NCBI GenBank assembly: GCA_965644265.1
Contig: OZ286471.1
Span: forward strand, 46,810,001-46,874,000
DNA length: 64,000 nucleotides
DNA from: Glycera tridactyla
Lineage: Eukaryota
Reading direction: 5' to 3'
The notes under the pieces were generated by a model. The model was not told the origin of the DNA, ran no database searches, and worked only from the letters and a program-made list of their open reading frames with translations. The position numbers and the translations under genes are program-made. Shown here piece after piece: positions 1-64,000 of the stretch; the stretch's first letter is position 1; every line of letters begins with the position of its first letter.

Positions 1-59
1 ATCATAAGACCATAGAAATGCATGATGTGGGTTGTAATTCCCTGATGGCATGTTTACAG

Positions 60-63426
<63,367 letters not shown>

Positions 63427-64000
63427 GTATGTGCGAATTGCTCTTTTTCGCATGCTGCATGTAGGCTCAATCGAGTCACATTGGGTAAAATGCGTGATTT
63501 GTTAGAAAAAAATAATTAGTGAAGAATAAATGATAAAATAAGAATTAGTAAATAAATGATAATTAGTTTGAATAAGCTAGGAATAATAACGAAGTAATGT
63601 CTTGTATTGTATCCGATGAAGCATGTGCATATCGTCTTATACAAAGCAAGTGGAAGGTGTGATTTGTTTCCGATAGTGGTGTTGCAAGACCACATAATAG
63701 TTTGAGGAGTGCCGGAAACAATTGCATCCCATTTTGTATACCTGATAGTAAATGATGTCTGCAGCTGAGATGACCTACTAAAGATTAATCAATGTGAAGG
63801 TTCGCAATAATTGACAATTGAGGATTAATCATCTTTTCTAGTAATGCCACAGGTATCGTCTGGGGAGCAGACAACTGCCACTGGGGATTCAGGTGAAATG
63901 TCGTCCAGTCAGTGAGATAGGTTCAAGGAAATAGGAGCCTTGGTATGGTAGAGCCTACCTTCTTTGTTTATATGTCAACTATTCATTCTGCCGTAGTCGC

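Noticed and set aside
63842-63892. Candidate 51-nt phase 1-1 microexon (MPQVSSGEQTTATGDS; ttttctag| ... |gtgaaa)
   Set aside because: Plausible splice sites, but it lacks the Cys required four residues after exon 50's last Cys and has no homology support; needs RNA-seq.

Overview
This is eukaryotic (animal-type, intron-rich) genomic DNA, not a prokaryotic operon. Nearly the whole window lies inside one + strand gene, entered and left mid-gene: no start or signal-peptide exon and no stop, TM or terminal exon is seen. I traced 50 AG/GT-bounded exons between 60 and 63426. All are phase 1-1 (length divisible by 3) and open, and together give about 3,778 codons. 48 encode a fibronectin type-II (FN2)-like core (GG-x-C-x-FPF-x-Y...C...WC...WG-x-C), usually preceded by a Pro/Thr-rich linker. 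One exon is a core-less mucin exon and one is linker-only. The main finding concerns two extra cysteines per module. After splicing, the last core Cys is followed exactly four residues later by a Cys from the next exon (C-x4-C at 48 of 48 applicable junctions). This implies a kringle-type outer disulfide around an FN2 core, reinforced by a kringle-like DN-x-G-x-PWCYT motif in most modules. The 5' exons form an A-B-B higher-order repeat, and distinct sub-families follow (a GGYGYNGC triplet, long mucin stalks, a His-rich 3' group). Introns carry a Helentron/DINE-like non-autonomous element with internal satellite, a 135-bp minisatellite, microsatellites and a 163-N gap. Most ORFs in the supplied track are shadows of these exons or of simple repeats. 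Exon boundaries were read by eye, and no homology search or transcript evidence was available.
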